Shown here: positions 21,525-30,854 of the stretch, in pieces
Numbering within the stretch: position 1 is the stretch's first letter
How the letters are laid out: each line of letters begins with the position of its first letter
Assembly (NCBI GenBank): GCA_003223165.1
Contig: QHXZ01000026.1
Coordinates: 18,827-61,385, forward strand
Source: Acidobacteriota bacterium
GTDB taxonomy: Bacteria > Acidobacteriota > Polarisedimenticolia > Gp22-AA2
Length of the DNA: 42,559 bases
Direction of reading: 5' to 3'
Notes under the pieces: generated by a model
Database searches by the model: none
What the model was told of the DNA's origin: nothing
Seen by the model: only the letters and a program-made list of their open reading frames with translations
Position numbers and translations under genes: made by a program

Positions 21525-23705
21525 ATGAGCGCCCAATACGACCTGAACCTCCAGGATTACTTGAGGATCCTGCGACGCCGCTGGAAGGTGGTGGCGGGCT
21601 GCTGCCTGGCCCTCGGCACCCTGACCCTGCTCCTGACGCCGCGTGCGCGGCCGCTCTACGAGGCGAGCGCCCGGGTCAAATGGACGCGTACCGACAGCAT
21701 CACCGGCCTGTTCCTCGAGGCCTTCAGCTGGAGCCCCGGCGACGACCTGGCGACGCAGGCGCAGATCATCACCAGCAAGCCGGTCGCCCTGAAGGCCGCG
21801 CAGAAGCTGGGGCGCATCCCGGCCACGGCCACGGTCGATTCGGTCCTCGAGGACAAGGCGCTGTCGGCCGCGCTGGACGCGTTCCTGGCCGGCTACGGCG
21901 CCAAGCCGATCGAGAACACCAGCCTGATCGAGATCCGCAGCGCCTGCCCTTCAGCCGACGAGGCGGTGCAGGTCGCCAACGCCGTCATGGAGGAATACAT
22001 CCTACGCCATACCTTCGAGCGCAACCGGCAGGCGATCGAGGCGCGCGAGTTCGTGCAGTCGCAGGTCGGCGCGGTGGCCGACCGCCTGCGCTCGTCCGAG
22101 GAGCGCCTGACGCGCTTCAAGGAGGCGAACGTCGGCGCCAGCATGCCGGACGCCAAGGAGGTCCAGTACTTCCAGGACGAGGCGGGCCGGACCGAGGCGC
22201 GCGTCGTGGCGCTCCAGGGCCTGGCGGCGCTGCTCGAGCAGCCCGGCGACCCCGGCTCCTCCCCCGAGCTGCTGCTGGTCGACCTCCCCGAGGAAGGCCT
22301 CGCCGGCGCCCGCGCCGAGCTCGCCAAGCTGGAGGACCACAAGCGCCAGCTGCTCGCCTTCCAGAAGGACGATGCCCCCGAGGTGCGCTCGGCGCAGGAG
22401 CAGATCGACCGCCTCACCGAGCGGCTGCGGCGCGAGACGCGCACGGCGCTGGGCCTGTCGCTCGAGCGCAAGAAGGAGCTCGACGCCAAGCTGGCCCGCT
22501 TCCCGCGCGCCGAGCAGACGCTCCTGCAGCTGCAGCGCGAGGTGCAGGTGAACGCCGAGGCGTACGAGATGCTGATGCGCAAGCACCAGGAGGCCCTCAT
22601 CAAGGAGGCCGACAAGGTGCAGGAGCTGTCCGTCGTGGAGAGCGCCACCCGGGCCACTCCCCGCCACGCGCCGGGCCGCCTGCTGCGCTCCCTGATCGGC
22701 CTCATGGTCGGGCTGCTGCTCGGGCTGGTCGCGGCCTTCGTGGTCGAGAGCCTCGACACCTCGATCGGCAGCATCGAGGATGTCGAGGAGTACCTGGGCC
22801 TCTCGGTGATCGGCGTCGTGCCCCACATCGACTTCGAGGCTACCCGGCGCGACATCATGAAGGTCAACCCGGCGCTGGCCAACGACCCCACCCTCGAGGG
22901 CTTCGCCTCCCTGGTGACGCAGTTCGCGCCGCAGTCTCCGGTGGCCGAGGCCTTCCGCGCCCTGCGCACCAACCTCGAGTTCTCGCGCATCGGCAAGGCG
23001 GGCCGGACTTTCCTGTTCACCTCGGCGTCGCCCAGCGAAGGGAAGTCGACGACCGTGGCCAACCTCGGCGTGGCCATGGCGCAGATGGGCAAGAAGACCC
23101 TGATCTGGGACTGCGACCTGCGCTCCCCGGCCGTCAATCGTCTTTTCGGCGTGCCGCGCGAGCCCGGCTTCACGCACGTGGCGCTCGGCATGGCGCGCCT
23201 GGACGACGTCCTGCACCGTTTCTCGGACGTCTTCCTGGGGCGCATCGACATGCGCTCGATGCTGTCGTCGGCGGGGCTCGAGAACCTGCACATCCTGACG
23301 GCGGGCGCCCTGCCCCCCAACCCGTCCGAGCTGCTGGGGTCTCCGCTGCTCAACGACTTCATCGTCGAGGTCGCCTCGCGCTTCGACGTCATCCTGATCG
23401 ACGCGCCGCCGGTCCTGCCGGTCACCGACGCCGTCATCCTCTCGACGCGCGTGGACGGCGTGGTGCTGGTCTACCAGACCGGCCGCATCGGCCGCGCCGT
23501 CCTCAAGCGCGCCAAGTCGCACCTGGACAACGTGCGCGCCGCCATCCGCGGCATCGTGCTGAACGACATCAAGGCCGAGGTCAGCACGACCCCCGAGATG
23601 CAGTACATCTACGAGCGCTACGCGCCGAAGGTCCGCGAACAGAGGGACCCGGGGGACGAGGCGCCGGCCTCGGGGCCGACGATCGCTGCCGCCGGCAAGC
23701 GCTAG
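21525..23705 (+). CDS. Polysaccharide co-polymerase / BY-kinase (Wzc-like chain-length determinant fused to a tyrosine autokinase)
   Basis: 726 aa. It has a Wzz-like N-terminus with TM, a long coiled-coil periplasmic region, a second TM (LIGLMVGLLLGLVAAFVV), a CpsD/CapB-type P-loop (FTSASPSEGKSTTVANLG), Walker A' (VILIDAPPVLPVTDA), and the Tyr cluster QYIYERY near the C-terminus. Confidence 0.9.
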   Translation: MSAQYDLNLQDYLRILRRRWKVVAGCCLALGTLTLLLTPRARPLYEASARVKWTRTDSITGLFLEAFSWSPGDDLATQAQIITSKPVALKAAQKLGRIPATATVDSVLEDKALSAALDAFLAGYGAKPIENTSLIEIRSACPSADEAVQVANAVMEEYILRHTFERNRQAIEAREFVQSQVGAVADRLRSSEERLTRFKEANVGASMPDAKEVQYFQDEAGRTEARVVALQGLAALLEQPGDPGSSPELLLVDLPEEGLAGARAELAKLEDHKRQLLAFQKDDAPEVRSAQEQIDRLTERLRRETRTALGLSLERKKELDAKLARFPRAEQTLLQLQREVQVNAEAYEMLMRKHQEALIKEADKVQELSVVESATRATPRHAPGRLLRSLIGLMVGLLLGLVAAFVVESLDTSIGSIEDVEEYLGLSVIGVVPHIDFEATRRDIMKVNPALANDPTLEGFASLVTQFAPQSPVAEAFRALRTNLEFSRIGKAGRTFLFTSASPSEGKSTTVANLGVAMAQMGKKTLIWDCDLRSPAVNRLFGVPREPGFTHVALGMARLDDVLHRFSDVFLGRIDMRSMLSSAGLENLHILTAGALPPNPSELLGSPLLNDFIVEVASRFDVILIDAPPVLPVTDAVILSTRVDGVVLVYQTGRIGRAVLKRAKSHLDNVRAAIRGIVLNDIKAEVSTTPEMQYIYERYAPKVREQRDPGDEAPASGPTIAAAGKR

Positions 23706-23717
23706 GGGGCCGGGGCC

Positions 23718-25085
23718 ATGCCCGATTCCACCCCCTCCCTCCCGCTCCGGAAGGCGACCCTGGCCGCCGCCCTCGGAGCGCTCCTCCTCCCTCTCTCCCT
23801 CTGGATCGCCGAGGCGCCCCCCCAGGCGCCGCTGCTCGCCACCCTGGCCGCCATCCTGTTCCTGGCCACGCTCCTGCACGCCGAGGCCGGGCTGGTCATC
23901 CTGATCGTCTCGATGCTCTTCTCGCCGGAGATCGGTCTGGGCGGAGGGGGCGGGACGAGCCTCGAAGCGAGCCGCTCCTTGACGCTGCGCACCGAGGACC
24001 TGGTGCTCCTCCTGGTCGGGTTGGCCTGGATGGCGCGCATGGCGATTCACAAGGACCTCGGAGCGGTGCGCCGCACCCGGTTGAACGCGCTCATCTTCGC
24101 CTATTGCGCCTGCTGTCTCTTCTCCACGCTCCTGGGCATCGAGGCCGGACGCGTCGCGCCGCTCGTGGGTCTCTGCTTCGTGGCGAAATACGTGGAGTAC
24201 TTCATCATCTTCTTCATCACGGTCAACTACGTCGGCAGCCAGACGCAGCTGCGCCGCCTCCTGGTGGCGGTGCTGATCACCGGCGCCCTGATCACCGCCT
24301 ACGCCTACTGGCAGATCCCGCAGGGGATCCGTCCCTCGGCCCCGTTCGAGGGAAGCGAGGGGGAGCCGAACACGCTGGGCGGCTACCTGGTCCTGATCTT
24401 CAGCCTCAGCAGCGGCCTGGCGCTGACCATCCCCGAGCGGATCTGGAAGCGCTCCTGCGCCGTCCTGGCGGCGGCCACCGTCCCGCCGTTGCTCGCCACC
24501 CTGTCCCGCAGCTCGTGGATCGCCCTCGTCGTGTCGCTGGGCGCGCTCCTGACGCTGAGCGCGGCGCGGCGCCGGCTGGCCGCCGCCGCCATCGTGGCCG
24601 CCGCCCTGCTCTTCTTCCTCCAGCCGCAGAAAGTGGAGGACCGCCTGCTGTACACCTTTCAGGGCGAGGAGCACGGCACCCTCTCCGTCGGCCACGTGCG
24701 GCTCGACTCTTCCGCTTCGGCGCGCATCTCCTCGTGGGGCGGCGCCCTGGTCGGGTTCGTGCGGCACCCGATCGCCGGCTGGGGGGTCACCGGTTACGGG
24801 TTCCTCGACGCCCAGTACTTCCGCGTCCTGGTCGAGCTGGGCCTCCTCGGCTTCAGCGACTTCGCCCTGCTGCTGGGCACCGCCGGGACCGCCTTCTACC
24901 GGGCCTTCCGCCTCCTCAAGGACCCGCTGCATCGTGGCCTGGGCCTGGGGATGACGGCGGCGCTGGCGGGCCTTCTGGCGCATGCCATCGGCACCAACAC
25001 CTTCATGCTCATCCGCATCATGGAGCCGTTCTGGCTGCTCGCCGGGCTGTGCGTCGCCGCGCCTTCGCTGGAGGAGCCGGCATGA
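23718..25085 (+). CDS. O-antigen ligase / Wzy-like polysaccharide polymerase family membrane protein
   Basis: 455 aa and polytopic, with a Wzy_C-like core (LATLSRSSWIALVVSLGALL ... RISSWGGALVGFVRHPIAGWGVTGYG). Confidence 0.75.
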   Translation: MPDSTPSLPLRKATLAAALGALLLPLSLWIAEAPPQAPLLATLAAILFLATLLHAEAGLVILIVSMLFSPEIGLGGGGGTSLEASRSLTLRTEDLVLLLVGLAWMARMAIHKDLGAVRRTRLNALIFAYCACCLFSTLLGIEAGRVAPLVGLCFVAKYVEYFIIFFITVNYVGSQTQLRRLLVAVLITGALITAYAYWQIPQGIRPSAPFEGSEGEPNTLGGYLVLIFSLSSGLALTIPERIWKRSCAVLAAATVPPLLATLSRSSWIALVVSLGALLTLSAARRRLAAAAIVAAALLFFLQPQKVEDRLLYTFQGEEHGTLSVGHVRLDSSASARISSWGGALVGFVRHPIAGWGVTGYGFLDAQYFRVLVELGLLGFSDFALLLGTAGTAFYRAFRLLKDPLHRGLGLGMTAALAGLLAHAIGTNTFMLIRIMEPFWLLAGLCVAAPSLEEPA

Positions 25086-26662
25086 GCCGCTCCCCGGGCG
25101 CGGCACCGGAGCGTCAGGCGCCCGCCGCCGGCGAGCGGCGCAGCGCCGTGCGCGGCGTCGCCTGGACCGGCGTGGAGTCGGCCGCGGGGGCCCTGGTCGG
25201 ATTCCTCCTGACGCCGCTCGTGGTGCGCGTGGCGGGGATCGAGGGGCTGGGGCTGTGGGGCGCCTGCTGGTCGCTGGCCCACGCCGCCGGGGTCCTCGAC
25301 CTCGGCATCGGCCCCTCCTACGCCCGCTTCACTTCGCGGGCCATCGCCACGGGGGATGCCGAGGGCCTGAACGGCACCGTGGCCGCCGGGACCGGATTTC
25401 ATCTCGGGCTGGCGTGCCTGGTGGCGGGCGCCGCCCTACTGGCCGGCCCGCGCGGGCTGCACTTCCTGGTGCCGCCAGGCCCGCTGTCGTCCCAGGCCCC
25501 GCGTTTGCTCGCCTGCACGCTCGCCACCGTCCTCCTGCGCATGATCCTCTCGGCCTACCGGGGCGTCATCGCGGGCGCGCAGCGGATCGATCTTCTGGGG
25601 CGCATCGGCGCCGGCGCGTCGCTGCTCGAAGGGGGCCTCTCCGCCGCCTGCCTTTTCGCCGGGTGGGGATTGCCGGGCATGGCCATGAGCTCGCTCTTCT
25701 GCGCCGCGCTCGCCTCGGCGGCCGAAGGGGTCACGGCGCACCGCCTCTGTCCCCGGCTGCGGGTGAGGCCGTTCCTGGCGCGCCGCCAGGACTGGAAGGA
25801 GATGCTGTCTTTCGGCCTCCGCCTGCAGGCGACCCGCGCCGCGGAGATCCTCGCGGCGCGCGCCCCCAACGTCGCCCTGGCGCTCGGCCCGGGGCTGGCC
25901 GTCGCCGGCGCGTACGACCTCGGCGCGCGCGTGGCCGGCGCGCTGCAGATCGTCGGCACCCTGCCGCTCCCGGTGGTGCAGCCGCTCGCCGGCCGGCTCG
26001 AGGCGCTGGGCGACCGCGACCGCCTGCGCCTGCTGGCGGATCGCGCCACTCGCTACGTGGCGCTCATGGTGCTGCCGTGCGCGGCGCTCGTCCTGGTCGA
26101 CGCTCCGGCGCTCCTGGTGGCCTGGGCGGGCCGGGCGGCGCCGGCCGGAGCGTCCGCGAGCGCCCGCCTGCTCGCCCTCGCGCTGGCCGTGTCCCTGCTG
26201 GTCTCCCCCACCCGCCTCCTGCTGCGCGGCGTAGGCCGCCCCGGGATCGAGACCACCGCCTCGTGCCTCGGCTCGCTCCTGCATCTGTCGCTGGCCATCG
26301 CGCTGGCGCCGTTCCTCGGCGCGGCGGGGGTCGCCGGCGCGGCGCTCGCAGCGGCCATTCTGGCGGCCGGGATCGTGGCGGCCGGGGCGCTGCGTTGGGA
26401 GCGGGACCTCTTCGGCGGCCTTCTGCGGCGTTCCCTGGCCGGCCCTCTCATCGCGGGGGCGGCGGGGCTGATCGCGGGCCTGGCTCCCCGCCTCTTCGCC
26501 ACGGCGCCCGCGGCCGTCCTGAGCGGCCGCGCCGAGGCGCTGGTCCGCCTGCTGCCCGAGGCGTCGGCGCTCCTGGCCTTCACCACGCTCGTCGCCTTCC
26601 TGGCGGGCGGCGTCCGCTGGGACGACCTCGCGGCGCTGCGCCCCAGCGGAGGGGCGCCGTGA
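25082..26662 (+). CDS. Wzx-like flippase (MOP/polysaccharide biosynthesis protein family)
   Basis: Last 526 aa of the artefactual 1660-aa track ORF 21680..26662. The ATG overlaps the previous stop (ATGA). Many predicted TM helices. N-terminus AVRGVAWTGVESAAGALVGFLLTPLVVRVAGIEGLGLW is typical of Wzx/RfbX-type proteins. Confidence 0.75.
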   Translation: MSRSPGAAPERQAPAAGERRSAVRGVAWTGVESAAGALVGFLLTPLVVRVAGIEGLGLWGACWSLAHAAGVLDLGIGPSYARFTSRAIATGDAEGLNGTVAAGTGFHLGLACLVAGAALLAGPRGLHFLVPPGPLSSQAPRLLACTLATVLLRMILSAYRGVIAGAQRIDLLGRIGAGASLLEGGLSAACLFAGWGLPGMAMSSLFCAALASAAEGVTAHRLCPRLRVRPFLARRQDWKEMLSFGLRLQATRAAEILAARAPNVALALGPGLAVAGAYDLGARVAGALQIVGTLPLPVVQPLAGRLEALGDRDRLRLLADRATRYVALMVLPCAALVLVDAPALLVAWAGRAAPAGASASARLLALALAVSLLVSPTRLLLRGVGRPGIETTASCLGSLLHLSLAIALAPFLGAAGVAGAALAAAILAAGIVAAGALRWERDLFGGLLRRSLAGPLIAGAAGLIAGLAPRLFATAPAAVLSGRAEALVRLLPEASALLAFTTLVAFLAGGVRWDDLAALRPSGGAP

Positions 26663-27732
26663 GGATCCTGCTCTCCGGAGCCTTCAACCCGGCCTTCGAG
26701 GCGCTTCCCGAATACCTCGCGGCGGCCCTGCTCCGCCTGGGTCACGAGGTGCACCGGTTCGATCACCGGGGCTTCCTGCTTCCGGGACGCCTCCGCGCCC
26801 GCTCCTCCCGGCTGGCGCGCTGGGACCGCGGGCGGCTCAACGAGCGCTTCCTGCGGCAGGTGCGGTGTTTTGGGATCGAGCTCGCGCTGGTCAACCAGGG
26901 AATGGCGCTGGGGCCCGACACCATCGAGCGCGCCCGCCGGGAGGGAGCGCGCTGCGTCAACTGGTTCTCCGACTTCCCGGCCGAGTTCGAGGCCGGGCTC
27001 CGGGCCGCGCCCGCCTACGACGCCTTCTACCTCGGGTCGTCCTACGCGGCCGCCAGGCACCGCGAGGCGGGCCACGGCCACGCCGGCTGGCTGCCGTTCG
27101 CCTGCGACCCCGAGTCGCACCATCCCGGCGCCCCCCGGCGGAGCGAGGCGGGCGCGCCCGCGGTGGTCTTCGTCGGCTCGCACTATCCCGAACGGCAGGT
27201 CCTCCTGCGCTTCCTGCGCGGACTGCCGGTCGGCGTCTGGGGGCCGGGCTGGGAACGGGCGCGCGACGACGCCTTTGTGGCCCCCATGGTCCGCGGCGCG
27301 GCGCTGCGGCCCGCCCAGTGGCGCCTTCTCTACGCCGGGAGCCGCGTGGCGCTGAACATCCATTACGGCGCGTTCGGCCCGCCCGAGGTCTCCGGTGACC
27401 TGGCCAACACGCGGGCGTTCGAGATCCTCGCCTGCGGCGCCTACCAGGTCGCGAACCGCCAGGGCGACCTCCTGCGCCTGTTCCGCGACGGCGAGCACCT
27501 CGCGACCTTCTCGGGCGGCGAGGAGCTGCGGGCGCGGGTCGAGGAGGCGCTGCGCGACGAGGACCGTCGCCGGGCGATCGCGGAGCGGGGCCGCGCCGCC
27601 GTGCTGGCATCGCACACCTACCTGCATCGCGCGCGGGCCCTGCTCGACCCCGCCTTCCGCGGCATGGCCCTTCCCTCCCGGGCCGGCGCCGTCTCCACGC
27701 AGCCCCGCGCCGCCGGCGGGAGCGGCCGATGA
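26659..27732 (+). CDS. CgeB-family / DUF3880-type glycosyltransferase-like protein
   Basis: In-frame tail of track ORF 24982..27732 with a GTGA overlap start. Segments VRILLSGAFNPAFEALPEYLAAALLRLGHEV, VVFVGSHYPERQVLL, RVALNIHYG..NTRAFEILACGAYQV and ASHTYLHRA resemble CgeB-like spore-maturation/GT1_2 proteins. Confidence 0.6.
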   Translation: MRILLSGAFNPAFEALPEYLAAALLRLGHEVHRFDHRGFLLPGRLRARSSRLARWDRGRLNERFLRQVRCFGIELALVNQGMALGPDTIERARREGARCVNWFSDFPAEFEAGLRAAPAYDAFYLGSSYAAARHREAGHGHAGWLPFACDPESHHPGAPRRSEAGAPAVVFVGSHYPERQVLLRFLRGLPVGVWGPGWERARDDAFVAPMVRGAALRPAQWRLLYAGSRVALNIHYGAFGPPEVSGDLANTRAFEILACGAYQVANRQGDLLRLFRDGEHLATFSGGEELRARVEEALRDEDRRRAIAERGRAAVLASHTYLHRARALLDPAFRGMALPSRAGAVSTQPRAAGGSGR

Positions 27733-28841
27733 GCCAGGTGCGCGTGGTGCACCTGGTGGAAGACCTGGGCCTGGGCGGGCTCGAGCGCGTGGTCCAGGCC
27801 CTGGCCAGGAACGCGGAGCGGGCGCGCTACGGCCTGGAGATCGTCTGCGCCGTGCGCGGCGGCCCGATGGCGGCGGAGATCGAGTCAGAAGGGACCCCGG
27901 TGCGCGTGCTGGGCCTGCGGAGCTACTACGCCGGGGACGTGCTGCGCGCCGCGCGCGCCCTCAAGGCGGCGCGGGCCGACGTGGTCCACTCCCACGGACA
28001 CTTCGCCGGCGTGCTGGCGCGCGCCGCCGCCTGGTGGTCGGGAATCCCCGCCGTGGTGCATCACCTGCACACCGCCGACGGCAGGCTCGCCGCGCGCCAC
28101 CGCCGCCTGGAACGCCTCCTGGCCCGGGTCACGGACCGCGTCCTCTGCTGCTCGCGGGCCGTGGAACGCCACGCCCACGAGGACCTGGGGCTCTCCCGCG
28201 AGCTGACGCTCACCGTCCTGAACGGCATCGAGCCGCCTCCCCAGGTGACGCGCCCGGAGGCGCTGCGGCTCCTGGGCGCCGACCTTGCGCCTCCCCTGGT
28301 CGCTTGCGTCGGGGGGCTGGCGCCGCACAAGGGGCAGGAGCACCTGCTGCGCGCCGGCGCGCTCCTCGGAGATTCCTTCGCGGGAACGCTGGTCCTGGTC
28401 GGAGACGGTCCCGAGCGGCCCCGACTCGAGGCCCTGGCGGCCGCGTGCGGGATGGCGTCGCGCGTGGTCTTCCTCGGGGCGCGCCCGGACGTGCGCCGGC
28501 TCCTGCCCGCCTTCGACCTGGTGGTCGTCCCGTCGGTCGAGCGCGAGGGGCTCGGGCTCGCGGCCCTGGAGGCGATGGACGCGGGGCGCCCCGTGGTGGC
28601 GACGCGCGTCGGAGGGCTGCCCGAGGCGATCGAGGACGGCCGCACCGGACTGCTCGTGCCGCCTCGCGATGCGGCCGCCCTGGGCGGCGCGATCCGCAGC
28701 GTGCTCGACCGCCCCGACGCCGGCCGATCCTTCGGGGAAGCCGGGCGCCTCCGGATCGCGGCCCTGTTCCGCGCCCGCGAGATGGCCCGGCGCGTCGAAT
28801 CGGTCTACGAGGAGGCCCTCGGTGAGCGCCGTGCCGCGTGA
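27729..28841 (+). CDS. Glycosyltransferase family 4 (GT-B, GT1-like)
   Basis: 370 aa, starting VRVVHLVEDLGLGGLERVV. It carries the EX7E-type region PSVEREGLGLAALEAMDAGRPVVATRVGGLPEAIEDGRTGLLVPP. ATGA overlap. Confidence 0.88.
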   Translation: MSQVRVVHLVEDLGLGGLERVVQALARNAERARYGLEIVCAVRGGPMAAEIESEGTPVRVLGLRSYYAGDVLRAARALKAARADVVHSHGHFAGVLARAAAWWSGIPAVVHHLHTADGRLAARHRRLERLLARVTDRVLCCSRAVERHAHEDLGLSRELTLTVLNGIEPPPQVTRPEALRLLGADLAPPLVACVGGLAPHKGQEHLLRAGALLGDSFAGTLVLVGDGPERPRLEALAAACGMASRVVFLGARPDVRRLLPAFDLVVVPSVEREGLGLAALEAMDAGRPVVATRVGGLPEAIEDGRTGLLVPPRDAAALGGAIRSVLDRPDAGRSFGEAGRLRIAALFRAREMARRVESVYEEALGERRAA

Positions 28842-29985
28842 CCCGCGCGTCGCCCTCGTGAGCGAACGCTCCGACTTCTTCGGCGGCGGACAGCGCAGCC
28901 TGCTCGATCTGGCGGTGGCGCTGCGGGGCGGCGCCTTCGAGCCGCTCGCCGTGCTGCCCGGACCGGGCCCTCTGGCCACCGCACTGCAGCAGGGGGGCGT
29001 CGCCTGGGTGTCCCTGCCGCTCCCCCCGCTGCGCGGCGCCCGGTTCATCCAGGCGGCCCGCGCGCTGCGCGGCCTGGTGCGCCTGGTGCGCGGGCGCTCG
29101 ATCGCCCTGCTGCACAGCGACTCTCCCCGCGCGGCCCTCTACGCGGGACTGGCTTCCCGTATCGCCCGCTGCCGCCACGTCTGGCACGTTCGGGCCTCGC
29201 GCCCTTCGTCCGCCCTGGCCGACCGCGCGCTTCTGCTGCTGAGCGACGCGGCCCTCGCCGTGTCGCGGGCCGCCGCCCGCCGCAGCGCCGCGCTGCGCGC
29301 TTCCCGCAAGGTGCGCGTGGTGCACACGGGGCTTCCCCCGATCCCCTTCCTCGAGCGGGCGGCGGCGCGGCTGTCGCTCGACCTGCCCCCCGACCGATTC
29401 GTCGCCGGCGTGGTGGGGCGCGTGGAGCGGGACAAGGGATGCGACGACGCCCTGGCGGCGCTCCCGGCCCTGCGCCGGGCGGCGCCCGGCGCGCTGCTCG
29501 CCTTCCTGGGCCCGGAGGACCCCGCCGCCCCGCCGTCGCTCAACGGACGGCTGCGCGCCGCCTCCATGGGGCTATCCGGGGCGGTCCTCTTCCTGGGAGA
29601 CAGACCCGAGGCGGCGCGTCTGCTGCGGGCCTTCGACGTGATCCTGCACCCTTCGCATCACGAGGCCCTGCCGCGCGTGCTGATCGAGGCGCTGCTGGCG
29701 GGCGTCCCGGTGGTGGCGGCGGCGGTGGGGGGCGTCCCCGAGGTGATCGAGTCGGGCGTGAGCGGCCTGCTGGTCCCGCCGCACGACCCGGCCGCCCTGG
29801 GCGCCGCGGCGGCGCGGGTCGCGCGCGACGCCGACCTCCGGCTGCGCCTGGCCGGGGCCGGCTTCAAGCAGGCGGTGACGCTGTTCGCCCTGGAGGCCAT
29901 GGTGCGCCGGGTGACGGCGGTGTACGGCGAGCTGCTGCGCGGCCCGGGAGAGGCGGTCCGGGCGCCCCGGGAGACGGCGCGATGA
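28822..29985 (+). CDS. Glycosyltransferase family 4
   Basis: In-frame tail of track ORF 28285..29985. The start is GTG 28822 or GTG 28831, overlapping the previous gene. Signature: HPSHHEALPRVLIEALLAGVPVVAAAVGGVPEVIESGVSGLLVPP. Confidence 0.85.
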   Translation: MSAVPRDPRVALVSERSDFFGGGQRSLLDLAVALRGGAFEPLAVLPGPGPLATALQQGGVAWVSLPLPPLRGARFIQAARALRGLVRLVRGRSIALLHSDSPRAALYAGLASRIARCRHVWHVRASRPSSALADRALLLLSDAALAVSRAAARRSAALRASRKVRVVHTGLPPIPFLERAAARLSLDLPPDRFVAGVVGRVERDKGCDDALAALPALRRAAPGALLAFLGPEDPAAPPSLNGRLRAASMGLSGAVLFLGDRPEAARLLRAFDVILHPSHHEALPRVLIEALLAGVPVVAAAVGGVPEVIESGVSGLLVPPHDPAALGAAAARVARDADLRLRLAGAGFKQAVTLFALEAMVRRVTAVYGELLRGPGEAVRAPRETAR

Positions 29986-30854
29986 GGGGGTCCCCCGGCC
30001 GGCGCGGCTCGCCTCTTCCGCCCACCCGCCCCTGCCCGGCCTGCGGCGTGCGCCTGTTCACCGGCGGCGCGGCCGCCGGCCGGGCCGGTCCGCTCCGGCC
30101 GCGTCCGGTCCGCTGCACCGCCTGCGATCTGGTCTTCATCGACCCGCTCCCCGGCGCCGCACTCTCCCCTTCGGCCTACGGTCCGGAGTACTACGAGCCC
30201 TGGCAGGCGCGCGAGGAGGTCCCTCGCACGGCGCTCTGGAGGCGCCGCCTGCGGCAGATCGCGCTGAGGGCCCCGATCGGCTCCCTGCTCGACGTCGGGT
30301 GCGGCGATGGGCTGTTCCTGTCGATCGCGCGTCAGGCCGGGTGGGCGGCGGAGGGGATCGAGTTCTCCCCCGAGGGGGCGCGGCGCGCTTCCTTGCGGCT
30401 GGGGCGCCCGGTGGCCGTCGGCGACCTGTCCCGCGAGCGCGTGCTGCGCGGGCCCTTCGACGTCATCACGCTCTGGCACGTGCTCGAGCACCTCGCCGGG
30501 CCCGGCGCCATGCTCGAAGCGGTCCGCCGGCGACTGGCGCCCGGCGGGCTCCTGGTCGCGGCGGTGCCGAACCTGGACAACCTGCCGATGCGCGCCGCCT
30601 ACCGCGTGGTGCGGCGCCGCCCGCTGCCGCTCTACGAGGACGGGGCGCGTGAACCGCACCTCAGCCATTTCAGCCCGGTGACCCTGACCCGGGCGCTGGA
30701 GCGCCACGGTTTCCTGGCCGTGCGGGTCGAGGCCGACCGCTGCGCCCTGGCGCCGGCCAAGAGGGCTCTCGACGCCGTCGCCGCGCTGCTGTCGCGCCTC
30801 TGCGGCCGCATCCTGACCGATGCCATCGTCGCCTTCGCGAGGGCCCCGCGATGA
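29982..30854 (+). CDS. Class I SAM-dependent methyltransferase with an N-terminal Cys4 zinc-ribbon
   Basis: In-frame tail of track ORF 29439..30854 with an ATGA overlap. Features: CPACG...CTACDLVF, SAM motif I LLDVGCGDGLF, and ITLWHVLEHL. Confidence 0.85.
   Translation: MRGSPGRRGSPLPPTRPCPACGVRLFTGGAAAGRAGPLRPRPVRCTACDLVFIDPLPGAALSPSAYGPEYYEPWQAREEVPRTALWRRRLRQIALRAPIGSLLDVGCGDGLFLSIARQAGWAAEGIEFSPEGARRASLRLGRPVAVGDLSRERVLRGPFDVITLWHVLEHLAGPGAMLEAVRRRLAPGGLLVAAVPNLDNLPMRAAYRVVRRRPLPLYEDGAREPHLSHFSPVTLTRALERHGFLAVRVEADRCALAPAKRALDAVAALLSRLCGRILTDAIVAFARAPR

Noticed and set aside
21680-26662. 1660-aa ORF spanning Wzc, Wzy and Wzx, and likewise 18571..21069 (832 aa) and 24982..27732 (916 aa), read as single giant proteins.
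   Set aside because: Only the 3' portions of these ORFs are in the genuine frame: Wzx from 25082, the peptidase from 20152, the CgeB-like gene from 26659. The upstream parts are off-frame read-through over neighbouring genes. The true starts coincide with ATGA/GTGA overlaps.
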